A stretch of 63,219 bases of DNA, counting the filler, from Octopus bimaculoides (Eukaryota): the NCBI RefSeq assembly GCF_001194135.2. It is 7 parts of 7 records of this genome, joined end to end, with 100 filler letters (N's around TTAATTAATTAA, not from the genome) between each part and the next. Parts side by side here need not be neighbours in the genome. Positions count along the whole stretch, not along the records: positions 1 to 22,766 come from NC_068983.1; 6 more parts are not named here. The stretch is one strand, 5' to 3'. Positions 1 to 13,760 of this stretch are shown piece after piece. Every line of letters begins with the position of its first letter. Position 1 is the first letter of the stretch. The position numbers and the translations under genes were made by a program. A model generated the notes under the pieces. The model had not been told where the DNA came from. It saw only the letters and a program-made list of their open reading frames with translations, and ran no database searches.

Positions 1-2421
1 ATATATATAGATATATAGATATCGACTTTAAATAGAGCTCAAAACTGATCCATTGACAATACTTTATTATACTACTACTAATAATAATAATGAAAATGAC
101 CTATGAATATTTCGATGCAATATCCAGAACGATTCATACATATTATAAAATATTATAAAATATGGGATACCACATCTCCTCGGGGCCTTATTATTATTGT
201 TATTATTATTAATAATATGCAGACAATAAAAATAGAAAACATACATACATACTAACATGCATGCATACATACATACATACATACATACACCATACATACG
301 CACATATGCACACACAGGCACACACACATGCGTATCAACATTAATTATTTCAAATTATCGTGTATTGTCAGTTGAAACAATTCTAGTATATGACTAGTAC
401 TTATTTAATTGGTTTGCGGCAGGCTGAAAGTTCTATGTTTTAATTTTAACTGATAATGTAAGTATTTCTCTGATATACATTAAAGACTGTTGCGTAATTC
501 AGCAAAAACGGTTCGAACGCACTCGTTCCACTGACAAGAAAATGCAGCGAAATCTTCTTTATATTACATCCAAACTATATTAAAATTGAATGTCAGTTCT
601 GGTTACCTACTACATAAAAATAAAGACCAAAATGATGGTGCGATCACAGCTTAGATGTATTTGATCGTTGGTCGATGAATAATTTCAAGTGTGTAATTTT
701 AGGAGAGTTTACTCTATTAGGAGCGCATTTACTAACAAATATCAACCTTTAGATGCTTAAGCTTGTCACAAGCCGCATCCATTTCACTGCTCTATGAGAA
801 GCTGGAAACACTTTAGAAAGTGCTTTACTACTTCATTATCTTATAAATATAACAAAATACTGCAAGATGATTAGTTACCTGATTCACAATGTTTACCAGT
901 TCCCTAAATTGGTGACATGACTGGTTTCTAACTTTCGAGCAAGACAACAATTTTAGGTAGCTAGTGCATCCTTCTTAATTAACTCCAGAACACAACTGGC
1001 GCTTGTTTTATTATTTTCTGAGTACTGAAAGCGAATTCTGAACTCAGAACCTTAAAAGTATTAAGGCAGTGCCAACCTAAATGCTAATAATTGTCTCTAC
1101 TATCATCTTAACACCATATTGTCAATGGTACAATTACATAAATTCTTGAAGTGTTAATTTCTCTATGGATACACTATCAGTTTACCAGATGTATCATTTT
1201 CAGAAATATTAGTATTTCTTCAAAACGCTAGGTGATAGAAACATAAAACCTAATTTGTTGCCCATTCTGCGACATAAGTAGGTGATAAAAAAAATGATTC
1301 ATTGACGTATGTATCACTTTTACAACTTTACACTTATAAATGGTTTAATAACGAAGATGTTATTCTTCTATTTAGAATCCGATACTTAATCTGAAAAACA
1401 ATCTTGCGTTCCTTTATGAGTTTATTTCTAATAATTTGATATGAATGTTATATTTGTGAGAAAATTTACGCTTTGTGTCAGGTTTCGTGAGGCCACGCGT
1501 GCTTTACGATTAAACTACCGTAAATTTCCCGAGGCTAAGAAAACTGTTAAGCCAATATATTAGTTAAGTTTATTTAGCAGTCGAAGTACTGATGATTTAG
1601 TACACATCATAATAGGACTCCTACACAACGAAGAATTATCTCCATTGTATAAATTACTTGCCGTGAAAGGTAACACAATTTAATCGTACCTTTTAAGGTA
1701 ACCGTGGTAAATTTGAAACTATAAATACGATTAAGTACTAATACTTAGTTAATATTTGATCACACTGAATGAAATATTGATTATTATTTTTATGTTTACT
1801 GTAAGTAGGTTAGTTTGCAATATGGCAGCGATGGATGAATGAGATTGTAGTGCGTCAAATTAAATCCCGTGTTTCGGTCGTTATTTTCCAATTCAAATTA
1901 AGGAGACTAGACTTCGATTTCCATCTCTTCAGGTTCTAATAAGTTAACACTTCTACTTGCTTTATTTTAACCACAACAGATATTGACCTTGTACCTATGT
2001 TACGAAGAGATACAGTCAACTGAAATGGATACAAGGTAATCAATTATTTCTACTTGACGTATATGTGTTGGACACAAAGACGTAGCGAATCACATATGCC
2101 ACTACTTTGTTGTTATTTTTAATTCCATTTACTGGCAGTCACAGTAAATATTACTAAACGGACGAAGTTATTACGAAATAGAGATTATAAAGTAATCAAT
2201 AAGTCACTTAAAAGACTGGAGAAAAGCGAATGAAAATATAATACGTTGTCTTATAAGTAGAGAAATAAAAATAGAAGGATGAAAATAGCGAGCCCATAAT
2301 ACAAATTCCAGTGCTAACTTTATCTTATACTAATACGAACTGATTAAAATGTCACATCTGAAATGTAATAAAATCAACGTATTCGTTATAACTGACTTGA
2401 GAATATCGAGTACATACTCTT

Positions 2422-2535
<114 letters not shown>

Positions 2536-3914
2536 CAGCAGATAACTTTTCAATCAAGAATACAAGAAATGATCATTGTTAGAGTTCGGGGTGGAAATTA
2601 TATCATAACCTTGATAAATAAATGTAGGAAAATATCAGCTATATATCAATGCGATGTAATTAATTCAAACTTCTCTCTTTCACGTTCTTTTTCTCCTTTT
2701 CTATCACATTCAAATCGTCTCCCAGTTTGTAACTCTACCTATTTCCCCACATTTTTTACTGTACATCACTAAACATATCTATCAAGATATACTGTAAACA
2801 GTAACGAAGTTGAGTGAGTGAGAGAGAACAGAAAAAGAAAAAAAGAGATAGATGCGGTGAACTATAATAGTTAATTTGAAAGTGAAGTTGGTATAAAAAT
2901 AAAAATAAATGTCCATGATAAATGCGGGAAATTAATTCATTAAGAATGTAATTTCATATATTTTACAATGGGTAGTTTACAAAATTAATATACGATAGCA
3001 ATGGAAATGAGCTACAAGAGTAAATAGACACCCCAAATTCCATCATGCTACAATAATTACTAATATTTTCTTCAAAACATTTCGAAGATATCTCAGAAGA
3101 CAGATGGTATTAGCGCAGGTGATCATTTAACAACGAAACACCCTCACAAGCATCATCTGTTGATTTGGCAACGATATATGTCAATGAAGGGAAAAGTTTT
3201 CTAAACATAAAGTATTAAATCCTGTATATTGAAAAATATCCTGGGCGTCCGAAATAAATTCTACTATGATTTGTGTCTCCTTTCTTGAAGAACAGCTTGA
3301 TATTTTGGTGAACAGCTAACGGCGTTGGAGAGCATAAAGATTAACGTTGAAAATGAGAAACTTTTAGCTGACATGGAGAAATGGAAGTCATCTTCATATC
3401 GGAAAAGAGTTACCTGAATCATGATGATTCATGACAGGTATCAAAATGACTGTTTCTCAGTGCTCTATAAACACTGTAAATGCTGTTACATGACATGGAC
3501 ATCTGCCCTGGTAACTACACAGCTGGTATCAGCACGAAGAAATGCAGCAGGTGTTCTGACCTCGTCTACTCGCTGGAATACAACCACCAACTGCAGGACA
3601 AAGTGATCGAAGATTCGAGCAAGCGAATGCGGACTTTGGCGAGTGAGATGATTGTTGGAGTCACCATCATGAAGCTGACCATGAATGACGGTCTTGGGGC
3701 CATGATGGAAGCTGATGACGGCTAATTTGAGCGAACTGTTATTTCCCAGCTACAATCTAGTGGATATCATTTAACTTTGTAAAAATACTGTTATTTTTTG
3801 ATGGGATATTGTTTTGTTTTCCTTTTATGCAAACTGTCAAATTTAGCTCAAACACACTGTAATTCTCCAGCAGGTTATGATATTGAAAGATCTTGTTAGG
3901 TTCATCGACAGCCG

Positions 3915-4404
3915 TAGTTGACGTAGATGTTCATGAAATTATGGAAATTGAGAGGCTTGGTACGTCGATCCCTCATTCCTGAAATGAAATAATTTTCGAC
4001 CTTAAAATAGTGGGAGTGTGGAATTTATCTGGAGCTGCCGATACCTCCATCAAACTCCGCCGCTGATATTGGTGCGTGATATGAAGAATTACAAACAGTG
4101 ATATCCCGTATGAAGCAGCTCCCTCGAATCCAAGATCAAATGGTAATCCCATCAGACATCCCATCGTCTCTGGATAATCCCACTGGTTCTACAGTTTTAA
4201 AATATTTTCTATTACTAGAACTCGTGCAATTACACGTATTTCAGTGTAGCACGCGAAGCGACTAGAATATAGTTGACGTAGATGTTCATGAAATTATGGA
4301 AATTGAGAGGCTTGGTACATCGATCCCTCATTCCTGAAATGAAATAATTTTCGACTTTAAAATAGTGGGAATGTGGAATTTATCTGGAGCTACCGATACC
4401 TCCA
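3915..4404. repeat. 135-bp direct repeat pair (3915-4049 and 4270-4404)
   Basis: Both copies run tagttgacgtagatg...gatacctcca; I count 4 transition differences; 220-bp unique spacer. Confidence 0.95.
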
Positions 4405-6477
4405 CAGGCAAAGCGTCGACCCAACACGCAAAACGTTACTCGTAGAAAGTAAGTGACACCTTCAATGTTGAATTGATAGATTAAAAAGAGAGTCGAAAAT
4501 ACGCTTCGACTCTACATTGTCTCAAAGTTAATTTACCCTGCTCTAGGGTTCATCAGAGTCTAAGCTTACTCCAGAGTAGTAGAAGAGTTACATTCACTAC
4601 CTCGTGGTAGTTAGTCCCTGCTAAATAAAAGAAAATGGTGTCTACCATTAATGGGCAAGCATGAAAGGAAAAATTTATCAGAGAAAGGGCACGTATGTAA
4701 ACCTGGAGACCGAGTTATTTGAGTGACGTGGCTTGATTAAAGGAATTTGGTGAAAACTTAGCATCGTGCAAACTTTTGATTTCCTTATAAACTAAGCCGT
4801 TAAACCGTATCAATGATGATAAGAATCCAATTGAAAATCTAACTCTAACACTATATATTAACTTAGTGATTAACAAAAAAAAATCAGTTACCTGAGTAAC
4901 AACGAGAAGTGAAGATTTAAAGGAGAGATTTGATGTAGTGTATTTTGCCGTGAAGTTTTAATTTCTAATCTGATTCATAAAGACAAAACACCAGTACATA
5001 TTTAATTCCACCTACTGTCCTTCATTGAAAACAAACTAGAATAACTGCCAATACATTTAATTAAACTGATAGTTCTCAGATTTATATATTTTTTCTCAAG
5101 TGATATATCATACTTCTTTTATAAACCGATAATTCATTTATTAACTTGAAGTTAACACTGCGTTTTTTATTTTAGCTCCTTATCATATTTTCGATTTTGG
5201 AAAGGAAGACAGATGTTGGTGAGATTTATCCTCAAGCGTATATTATCGACCATAACACCCCATCCTTTACCAACGTGCCTCTTCAGTACCTATCACACGT
5301 TCTCAACAACTACCGTCCCTTATCAGCCATAGCCATACCGTTATATTCTTCACTTCAGTACCGAGATAGTCATCACAGTTCATTACAGCGATTACATTTG
5401 CGTTGAAAGTCATCAGTTTACTGATGCCTAGTAAATCTAGCATTATCTCCGCTTATTGTTTAATGCACAGTACAGTGATATTGATTCGTAATAATACATC
5501 TCCTATGAAGAGGTAGATGCCTCTTATCTGCCAGTCAATACGAATGCGTTTTTGAATACGAGTTAACAGCCTACCAATAACATCAGAAACATTACTAATT
5601 CATGTTTTGTTCTTTTAAAGTTAGAGGATAGTTCTTATAAGAAATAAAATTTATGTGATTTGTTTCTACTACAGTTTAGATAAGACGAATCTAGTCTTGA
5701 AATTTGATATACAAAGCCCAGTTTCTACAAACGGAATATCGAAAAGTGTCGGAAGCTTGACGTCCTTTTGACACTAAATATGGAAATTAATTCAAAGATC
5801 ACTATAACAGCTGGTACACAGCTGCACCGGGTTGATATTAATCATGATTACCCAACAGAGTAATTACAGTATATTACTTTGAAAGGCTTGTTGATAATGA
5901 GTTTGCATAAAAAAATGTGATTATCAGTAATCTGTTATTAAATAGACATGAAGCCAGAGACATTTTGACGTGGGTGGAATTGTAAGCTGAATTCTTGCTC
6001 CGAAATTTCAGTAAACATAGCAAAATAGACTACAGGTTCTGTTCAGCTAGAACTTCATATCTAACATACAGTGATCTTGAATCAGTACCTAGTGCATTAT
6101 CAGCGATTATTCCTTCCACCATTGAAAGCAAAACTGACATGCCAAGATTGAAACCCAGTAATACAGCTTTACACTTTGGCTACCATAATGTGTAGGTGTA
6201 AGTCTATACAATTTATAATATCAACTCCGTTGTAATTTTACAGTATAGAATTTCTTGTCAACGGGATAGCCTATGCATAATTACTCAATATGCTAGAAAT
6301 ATTAATCAAACCACCCTGAAATAAGATTATACCATATTAAAAAGAAAAACAAATTGGATAATTTTGTTCTTGATATACTCATCTGGATCACCTGGGTCGG
6401 CCAGGCTGTCTGGGGCTGAGTCTGCTCCGCCGACCACAGCATTTGTTTCATTCCCCCCGTGCTCGTGCCATTTTCTT

Positions 6478-7513
6478 CTATGTTATTCTAAACATTTTTC
6501 TTAAATCGTCTTCCCACCTGATTGGAGGTCTTCCGAGTGGTTTCTTCCGTTCGCGCGGATACCACTCGACAACTGCACGGATCCAACGATTGTCTATGGA
6601 CCTTGCGACATAGCCGGCCAATCGTAGCTTTGCGTGGTGGTATTCTGCGACGACTTCCTTCATTCCAGTTCTATTCCCGATCTCCTCATTCCGGATGTGA
6701 TCTCTTAGCGAGATTCCCAACATCGATCTCTCCATGGATCTCTGCGCCTTAAGTAGATGTTCTTCTCTCTTTGTCAAAATCCAAATCTCACATGCGTGTA
6801 GCATTGCAGGCAAAACAGTGCTGTTGAAGAGATTGGCGAGAGTTGCCTTTTCTAGGTTTGCTTTCAGAACATCCTTCACCGAGTTGAATGCTTTCCATCC
6901 TACTCTTACTCTTTCCGAGATCTCATTCTTCATTGTGTGCTTTACAATCATTTCTTGACCGATATACACATAGCTGCTCACCACTTCTATTTCATCATCC
7001 TCGACTATTAAGCGTCCGATCGGTACGCCCTTAGACCGCATTCACTTGGTTTTCGTACGGTTGATCTTCAGGCCAGCCGCCGAACCTCTGAAATCCAGTT
7101 CGTCCAGTATGTTCTGCAGCTGATCGGTGCTCTCCGCTATCAGCGCTATGTCATCATCGAACCTTAAATGGGCGAACAGTTCTCTATTTATCCTTATGCC
7201 TCCGTCCCAGTTCATGTTTCGCATGACCATCTCAAGACACACCGTGAAAAGCTTAGGAGAGATGATGTCTCCTTGATTGACACCCTTCTCTACCGTAACA
7301 TTCACTGGTGAAGATAACAGGACCACATTTGTTGTGCACTCGGTATTTGCCTCCATGAGGAGGGTGACATACTACGTTGTCACACCTTGTTTCCTGAGAA
7401 CTTGCAGTGCTGCGTTGATTTCGACGCTGCCAAAAGTTTTCTCGTAATCAATAAACGCAACGTACATAGGCAGCCAGTAAACTTCCTCTCTTTTATTCAA
7501 GCAACTGCGTTAG
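6478..7513 (-). pseudogene. RTE reverse transcriptase, 3' half (stops/frameshifts)
   Basis: YWLPMYVAFIDYEKTFGSV, KGVNQGDIISPKLF, HLRFDDDI (decayed FADD), YVYIGQ, WYPRERKKPLGRPPIRWEDDL. Confidence 0.93.
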
Positions 7514-7939
7514 TATATGGCGAGGTTAGTCATTTTCCTTGGCGGCTTTTTGCAATCTGAGATTCTGAGTAGACTCCCGTTGCTCAGATTATGTCCCGGC
7601 GCCGTGGAGCGGTCCGACCGACGCACAGGGTACTAAGGCCCATTTCCTAATGCTGTTTTAGTCCTGCTGGCTAAGCGGACAGACTACTGGTTGCTTTTTC
7701 GTTTGAGGTGTGCTCCTGTAGTCTCGTATTCTTTTGATCCCCAAGATATTTTTGTTGCATAAACGTTGAATACTCATGAGTCCCTCTGACCTTTGACGGG
7801 TCTTGTTTTTTGTCCCACAGGGTGTCCAACAAACACCCTTCTCATCAAGCAAACTCTGTGGGGTTGTCAGTTTAGTCGCTGATGACCCGACCGTGCACCA
7901 GGTTATACTAGGTTACGTTACCAGTAACGCTCGAGAGCG

Positions 7940-9029
7940 ACTTGGGTCGCCCCGAACGCAAGGGACCGAAATGAGATCGATTACAACGTGGTCGATAAAA
8001 AGCGTATTCTACAAGATGTCTATGTAGTTGCACCGTTCATCAAAGGAAGTGACCACCGCCTTGTGAGGGCGAAGATTGTGTTGGATGAGTGAAGGGAGAA
8101 AAACTGCTGCAGTTAACGTCGAGGGAACAACGTGTGAAGGTTGTGAAGGGAGAACAGCTGAGAGAAGCCATCGGGAAAGGATCTTGAGATCAGCTTGAGG
8201 AAATAGACGACGACAATGAGACACTGATCCAGAAGTTGAATAAAAGCTTGAGGAGTACAAAGGTCGTGGTTCCGAATGAGACAGGAAGGATCTCAGAGTA
8301 GACAACGAAACTGGTAGAAAAGCGGAGAAACATGAATAGAGATGGAGAACACCTGGTAGAATATTCTTTTCTCTGTAAGACAATAAGAGGATGCCTCGTG
8401 AATGACTTCGAGAGGTACAGAAGAGAGAAGGTCCTGAAGACAGCACAAGAGCGGAAGAGCCTCAAAAAATGCGAAAGGGAGATGATATTTTATAGAACGG
8501 AGGTAACAACGCTGAAGAACAAGGACGGTAATGCAGTGACCGATAGAACAGGTATGGAAGAAGTCTGAAAATCCTTCTACAAAAAACCTCTTTAAATCGA
8601 GAGCAGTGGTCGCGCCTCTGTCGTTGGAAAGTGGAAAAAGAAAGTACCATTTATTCATAACAGTGAAGTCGAGAGAGCCCTCAATCTTCTGAAGAGAGGA
8701 AAAGTACCGGGTAAGCCATGGTATAATATCTGAAATGCTGCAGGCCAGCGGAGAGCAGCAATGCAAAATCTTTGTTCTACGCTTCAAACGTTACCTAGAG
8801 GAAGGTTTAATACTTTCCGAATGTAAGGAGTTAAATACAACCCCACTGTACAAGAAGGGCAATAAGGAAGATTTTATGAACTAGCATCCCATCTGCCTCA
8901 TGTCTCATGTTTAGAAGTTGTTCACGAAGATAATTGCTGAACGGTTATCTCAACAATTGGATGAACAACAGCCAAGGGAACAGGAGGGGTTCAGAATGAA
9001 GTACAACATTATAGAACATATATTTACTC
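7940..9029 (+). pseudogene. RTE APE endonuclease C-terminus through RT N-terminal half (degenerate)
   Basis: TWVAPNARDRNEIDY...GSDHRLVRAKI (APE), then KVPG...PLYKKGNKED...PICLMSHV*KLFTKII...QPREQEGFR...HIFTL (RT). Confidence 0.92.
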
Positions 9030-9713
9030 TCTTAGATATACTGTGTCAAAAATATCATGAGATGGGTATAACTAGGTATAAAACAACAACATCTGGGCGA
9101 GAGGTGGGTAATATTTTGTTGTATCTTGAGACATATTTTGAGACGAATCTCACTAGAAGCATCATTATTTTATTATTAGTGTTCGATTAGGTATGACCTA
9201 GTTCCAAGAAATTGATTATACGTTACAAGCTACAAGAGCGGTTTGCTTGAAACAATCAATCACCAAGCTAAATGATTCTTTATATTATTATTTCGTTCTA
9301 TTTTGAATGACTTAGCATTGCACCTAACAAGCTTTTATGGAATCAGTTCTTCAAATGTAGCAGGGGCGTGTTAATCTGACATGTACTGACCTTCTAAAAT
9401 TTTACAATATATCTAGTCCAAAGGAATCATTGTTAGCTGGTTTAGAAAGTTGTTTTAAGAATTATTTTATTCCTGAAGTACATAGAAACATGTACGATAA
9501 GCAACGGATAAAATCTACTGTAATAATACTCTTGTGTCTTTCTCCGTCACAATATGTAAATGAGAAAGGAAGGGGTGATAGATGAATAAGGAAGGGAGGG
9601 GTGATGACAAAACTTGGTAGTGGGATAATGGAAATTCTACAGAGAAAAGAAATCAAACAGTTTTCAACTCTGTGTGAGTATATGCTTGTGTATGTAAAAG
9701 AGAAGTATGTGAA

Positions 9714-9756
<43 letters not shown>

Positions 9757-10228
9757 NNNNNNNNNNNNNNNNNNNNNNNNNNNNNNNNNNNNAATAGAAG
9801 TGGGATGGTGAACATTCAACGCTGAAGAGAAAATTCAAACAGCGTTTCAACTCTGTGTGAGTATATGTGCTTATGTGCGTACGTGTACAAGGGAAGTATG
9901 TGAATGTTTGTATCTGTGGATCAGCATTCTTTCAGTAACAAACGACAATCGATGTCACCTCTGAAAAGACAACAACTAGATAACATTGACAGGTGTATTA
10001 ATTTGATTTACCTCCATATTCTATCCTATATTCTATCACGGTCAATTTTATGTGGCCTTAAGTTGTACAAGAAGGAAGGAAAACAAACTTTAAAATTCTT
10101 TTGAAGGAAACAAGCAGTCAAGGGATGTTAGTTGGAGAGAAATTTTTCACCAAAAATTTGGTAATAAAAGAATTATTAAACTAAAAACTTGGTTTTGTAC
10201 CTTATTTATATTTAAAATACTTCAATTA

Positions 10229-10260
10229 GCCGTCATTTTTGACGGCACGCGGCCAGCTAG
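10229..10260 (+). mobile_element. Helitron-type 3' terminus
   Basis: Perfect 7-bp hairpin GCCGTCA-TTTT-TGACGGC, 10-nt spacer, then CTAG followed by T. 5' end not located. Confidence 0.6.
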
Positions 10261-12510
10261 TAGAATAATAACGAAGGACATATTTTATATAAGAACTCAT
10301 ATTGTGATATCTCACACAGATAAGTCTATACAACTGCCAAATATGACTTAAGAATATATTTGTTACCAGCCAGCTGTATACATCATTTAATTCGTTAATT
10401 AATTAATTAATTAACAAGTGCTTGTAAAATAAGAGTATAGATTGTAATATTGCAGAATGTAGTTAACCTAAAACAGTATATTGATATAACATCTATTTTA
10501 AACTGGCAATTTATATGCTCTTCTCAATTTCAAGATGAAATACTCCTCACCCCGAGCGGATAAATCTTTCGCCTTTTACTATAAAATTAAACATGGAATC
10601 ACGTTGAATACCACTTTAATCGATACGTTATGTGTTTCATGCAATGAGAAAGGATAACAGATTCGGAGAAGTCTTTTTCCGAAATGATCTCTTTTTGGAA
10701 ATTGAGGGATGAGATATTGTTGAATGAGTGGAATATGCACTATAATTCTCGTGTATATTTTCTTAAAGTGTAAAAGGTTAAACAACAAAATCGATTATGG
10801 GCTGATCTGGACAAAGCAGCTGACTTTAAGACCTTCCTAGTGATATGAAAATACTGTTTGGTATATTTGCATTTTTCCCAAGATAACTATAATGGTTCCA
10901 AAAGATTGAACTAAAGATTTCAACCTTAAGCTGCTAAGGTAATGATTCCTATCTCAGTAATCAATACTTCACAACTAAACATATCCCATCAAAAGAAATA
11001 CTTGAATATAAAATTTCATGGCCTAAATCAAATCTCTATGTGATATAAAATATTAATGCACACACACACTGTATATCTACATTTATACACATGCATACAC
11101 ACAGAGACACATATAAAGTAAGTGAGGGAAGAAAAGAACTTCGTTCTTCATACTGCTTGATAAAATGTATGCTTTAGATCCACTCATATACTGTATTATC
11201 TATTGACAAATAATGTTAGTTCTTTTTATTGTTATTGCTATTATCGGCAACTTCTATTTAAAATATAGGAACAAAACCTTCAATTTGGGGAGAGGGAGAA
11301 TGTTTAGTTTATTAAATCGATCGTAGTATTTCACTGATTTTGTTTTTTATTTTATTGTCTCACGGAAAATAAAAGGCAACTTTGATGTCAGCTAAAACTG
11401 AACTTAGAAAGTAATTATTTATAACAAATTCTAATGTACCTTGTCCACCACTATAACGATTCTGTCTTAACCCGCTTTCGAGCAAGTAGTTAAGTTTCAT
11501 TACGTTCTCAGGGCAAACTTCGTTGAAATGTTTGCCTTATATCAATAATGAGACGGATACTATAACGTATCAGTTAAGTATTGGTGGCATGTAATCGATT
11601 TTCCTTTCCGCAAAACAATTGTGGCCTCGGGCCTACCTTAGAAATCAGTATGGACGATAATATTGTTTTAGCCGGGAATGGTAAGAAATTAAAAAACGAT
11701 CGGTAGAGCAACGAACAAAGTAATTAAAAATTGGCATAACTTGGATTCTGATTTCAAATCAAGCTCATATCATTTTCACACCTAACCCATCAAGGTTCGA
11801 TAAATTCAGTATCAGTGAAATGCGGTGGTTGATTTATTTGATTCTGGTCCTTCCACTACAATTATAGGACTCGTTCCAAAGTAGAAAAATCAATATAATG
11901 TTATTATCGCCAGCATTGTATATTTATTTTGTAAGACTGGTATTTTCATCGATTATAATTTTTACAGTTTTTTTATATTAATTTTCCTGCAGATTTTAAA
12001 GTGTTTGTCCATATATCTACATACGTTCGTACACACATACCTTGGTACACCCGTATGTTTATTATTCTAAAACATTTATTTGAAATATTTTCCTATATTG
12101 TAAGTATCGTATATATTTTTATTTTCAGCATTGTGAGTAAGTGAAAAAAATACAAAACAAAAAAGACAAAATAGATATTGATTTTTTTTTAATTGTTTAG
12201 CTTCGTTTTCAGATCTTCAGATTTTTTACATACAATCCTCAACTCTACTCAATTTAAGGCTATTTTAAAGAGCAACTTTTGCTATTGATAATTACAGTCC
12301 AACGTATTAATAACGGTGCTCTTTCTCCTTCTCTCTCTCTCTCTTTTGCTTGTTGGAGTTATCTACTAAGATGTATTAGTTCTAATTTGACCGATTAAAT
12401 GCCGTCCAGTCTTTAGTCTCGTCCGTTTACGTTCTGATTCGAAGAACCTATGAAATTGACATTATCGAAGAACTACCAATTATATAAAAAACTTGGTTAT
12501 ACCTCTTCTA

Positions 12511-13455
12511 TCATAAAATTTGTGGCCTTGTGATGAAATCACAAAAGGCTGTTTTTGCATCTTCTTCAGATTTGAAGTTTTTTCCTTGCAAAAAGTAGTT
12601 TAATTCCTGGAAAACGTGATAGTCAGTTAATGCATGGTCTGGTGAATATGGTGGATAACAGTGTACTTCCAAGTTCAGTTCCTGTAACTTGAGTAGCGTT
12701 CTTCGTGCAACATGTGGTCGATCATTTTCGTGCAAGAGAATTGGCCTATCTCTATTGACCAATCTCGGTTGTTTAATTGCAGGTTCACTCATCATTTCAT
12801 CCAATTGGTTGAGGTATACATTCGCTGTAATTGACTTACTAGGTCTCATGAAACTGCAGTGGATGACACTAGTGTTGGACCACCAAACAGACGCTGCTAG
12901 CTTTTTTTGGTGAATACTCTTTTTTGAATTATGTTTTGGCACTTCGTCTCTATACAACCACTGTACAGAACGCTTGCTATTGTTGAAAATAATCCATTTT
13001 TCATCACACGTAACAATACTATGCAAAGATGGTTCGCTTTTATGCCGTGACCGTAAAGAACAGCATGTTTCAAGACGACGTGTCATTTGATGCTCGTTCA
13101 GTTCGTGTGGTACCCACTTGCCCAGCTTCTTTACTTTGCTGGTTAGATTCAGATGGTTCGATACAGTTGCAATCGAAATGTCATACATTGCTGCTAACTC
13201 ACGCGTAGTTTGAGATCTATCCGTTTTCACTACACTTTCCATCTCTTCATTATGCACCTTGGTCTCACATCTACCACAAAGATGATTTTCAAGAGTAAAG
13301 TCACCACTCCGGATTTTCTCAACCATCGACGAACAGTGTGCTCATTCGCCACATCTTCACCAAACCCCTCATTGATGTTTTGAGCTGTCTCGGATGCATT
13401 GGTTCAACAACGGAATTCATATTCATAAACAACACGAATTGTTTTATCTCTCCAT
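12511..13455 (-). pseudogene. mariner (DD34D-type) transposase, frameshifted and 3'-truncated
   Basis: ATG at 13455 (..IRVVYEYEF); WVPHEL, IVTCDEKW, decayed HDNARPH (HENDRPH) and YSPDHALTDYHVF motifs in ORF 12511..13326. Confidence 0.95.
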
Positions 13456-13480
13456 GGATTCACAAAAATTGATTTACAAG

Positions 13481-13620
<140 letters not shown>

Positions 13621-13641
13621 TATATATATATATATATATAA

Positions 13642-13726
13642 ATATGCACTATACTAGTGCTCCATACTTATGTGTTATCTTCAAACGTTTATACCTACAT
13701 ACGTACTGTGGCACTAATGTTCTCTC

Positions 13727-13760
<34 letters not shown>

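Larger units (their letters stand above)
6380..9029. mobile_element. RTE-clade non-LTR retrotransposon, rearranged (inverted 5' part), degenerate
   Basis: The minus-strand RT C-terminal half and the plus-strand APE-end/RT N-terminal half are colinear at HIFTL|TQLLE. Candidate TSD TCTTGATATACT (6368-6379) / TCTTAGATATACT (9030-9042). Confidence 0.9.

Noticed and set aside
6047-6197. Possible extra LRR-like exon (LTYSDLESVPSAL) with AG and GTAAGT
   Set aside because: All three frames hit a stop before the donor, and it is not 72 bp.
7860-7975. Hammerhead (CTGATGA at 7879, GAAA near 7968) or HDV-like ribozyme (GG-TCG..CGA-CTAA on the minus strand)
   Set aside because: Hammerhead stem II cannot close (C opposite C). 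For the HDV fold I could not find P1, P2 or P3 partners.
9815-9850. Penelope-type mini hammerhead (CTGAAGA...AAAC)
   Set aside because: The conserved G of GAAA is missing and there is no stem I pairing.
10560-10960. hAT-transposase-like LVYL...LN*RFQ
   Set aside because: Too degenerate, and no TIRs found.
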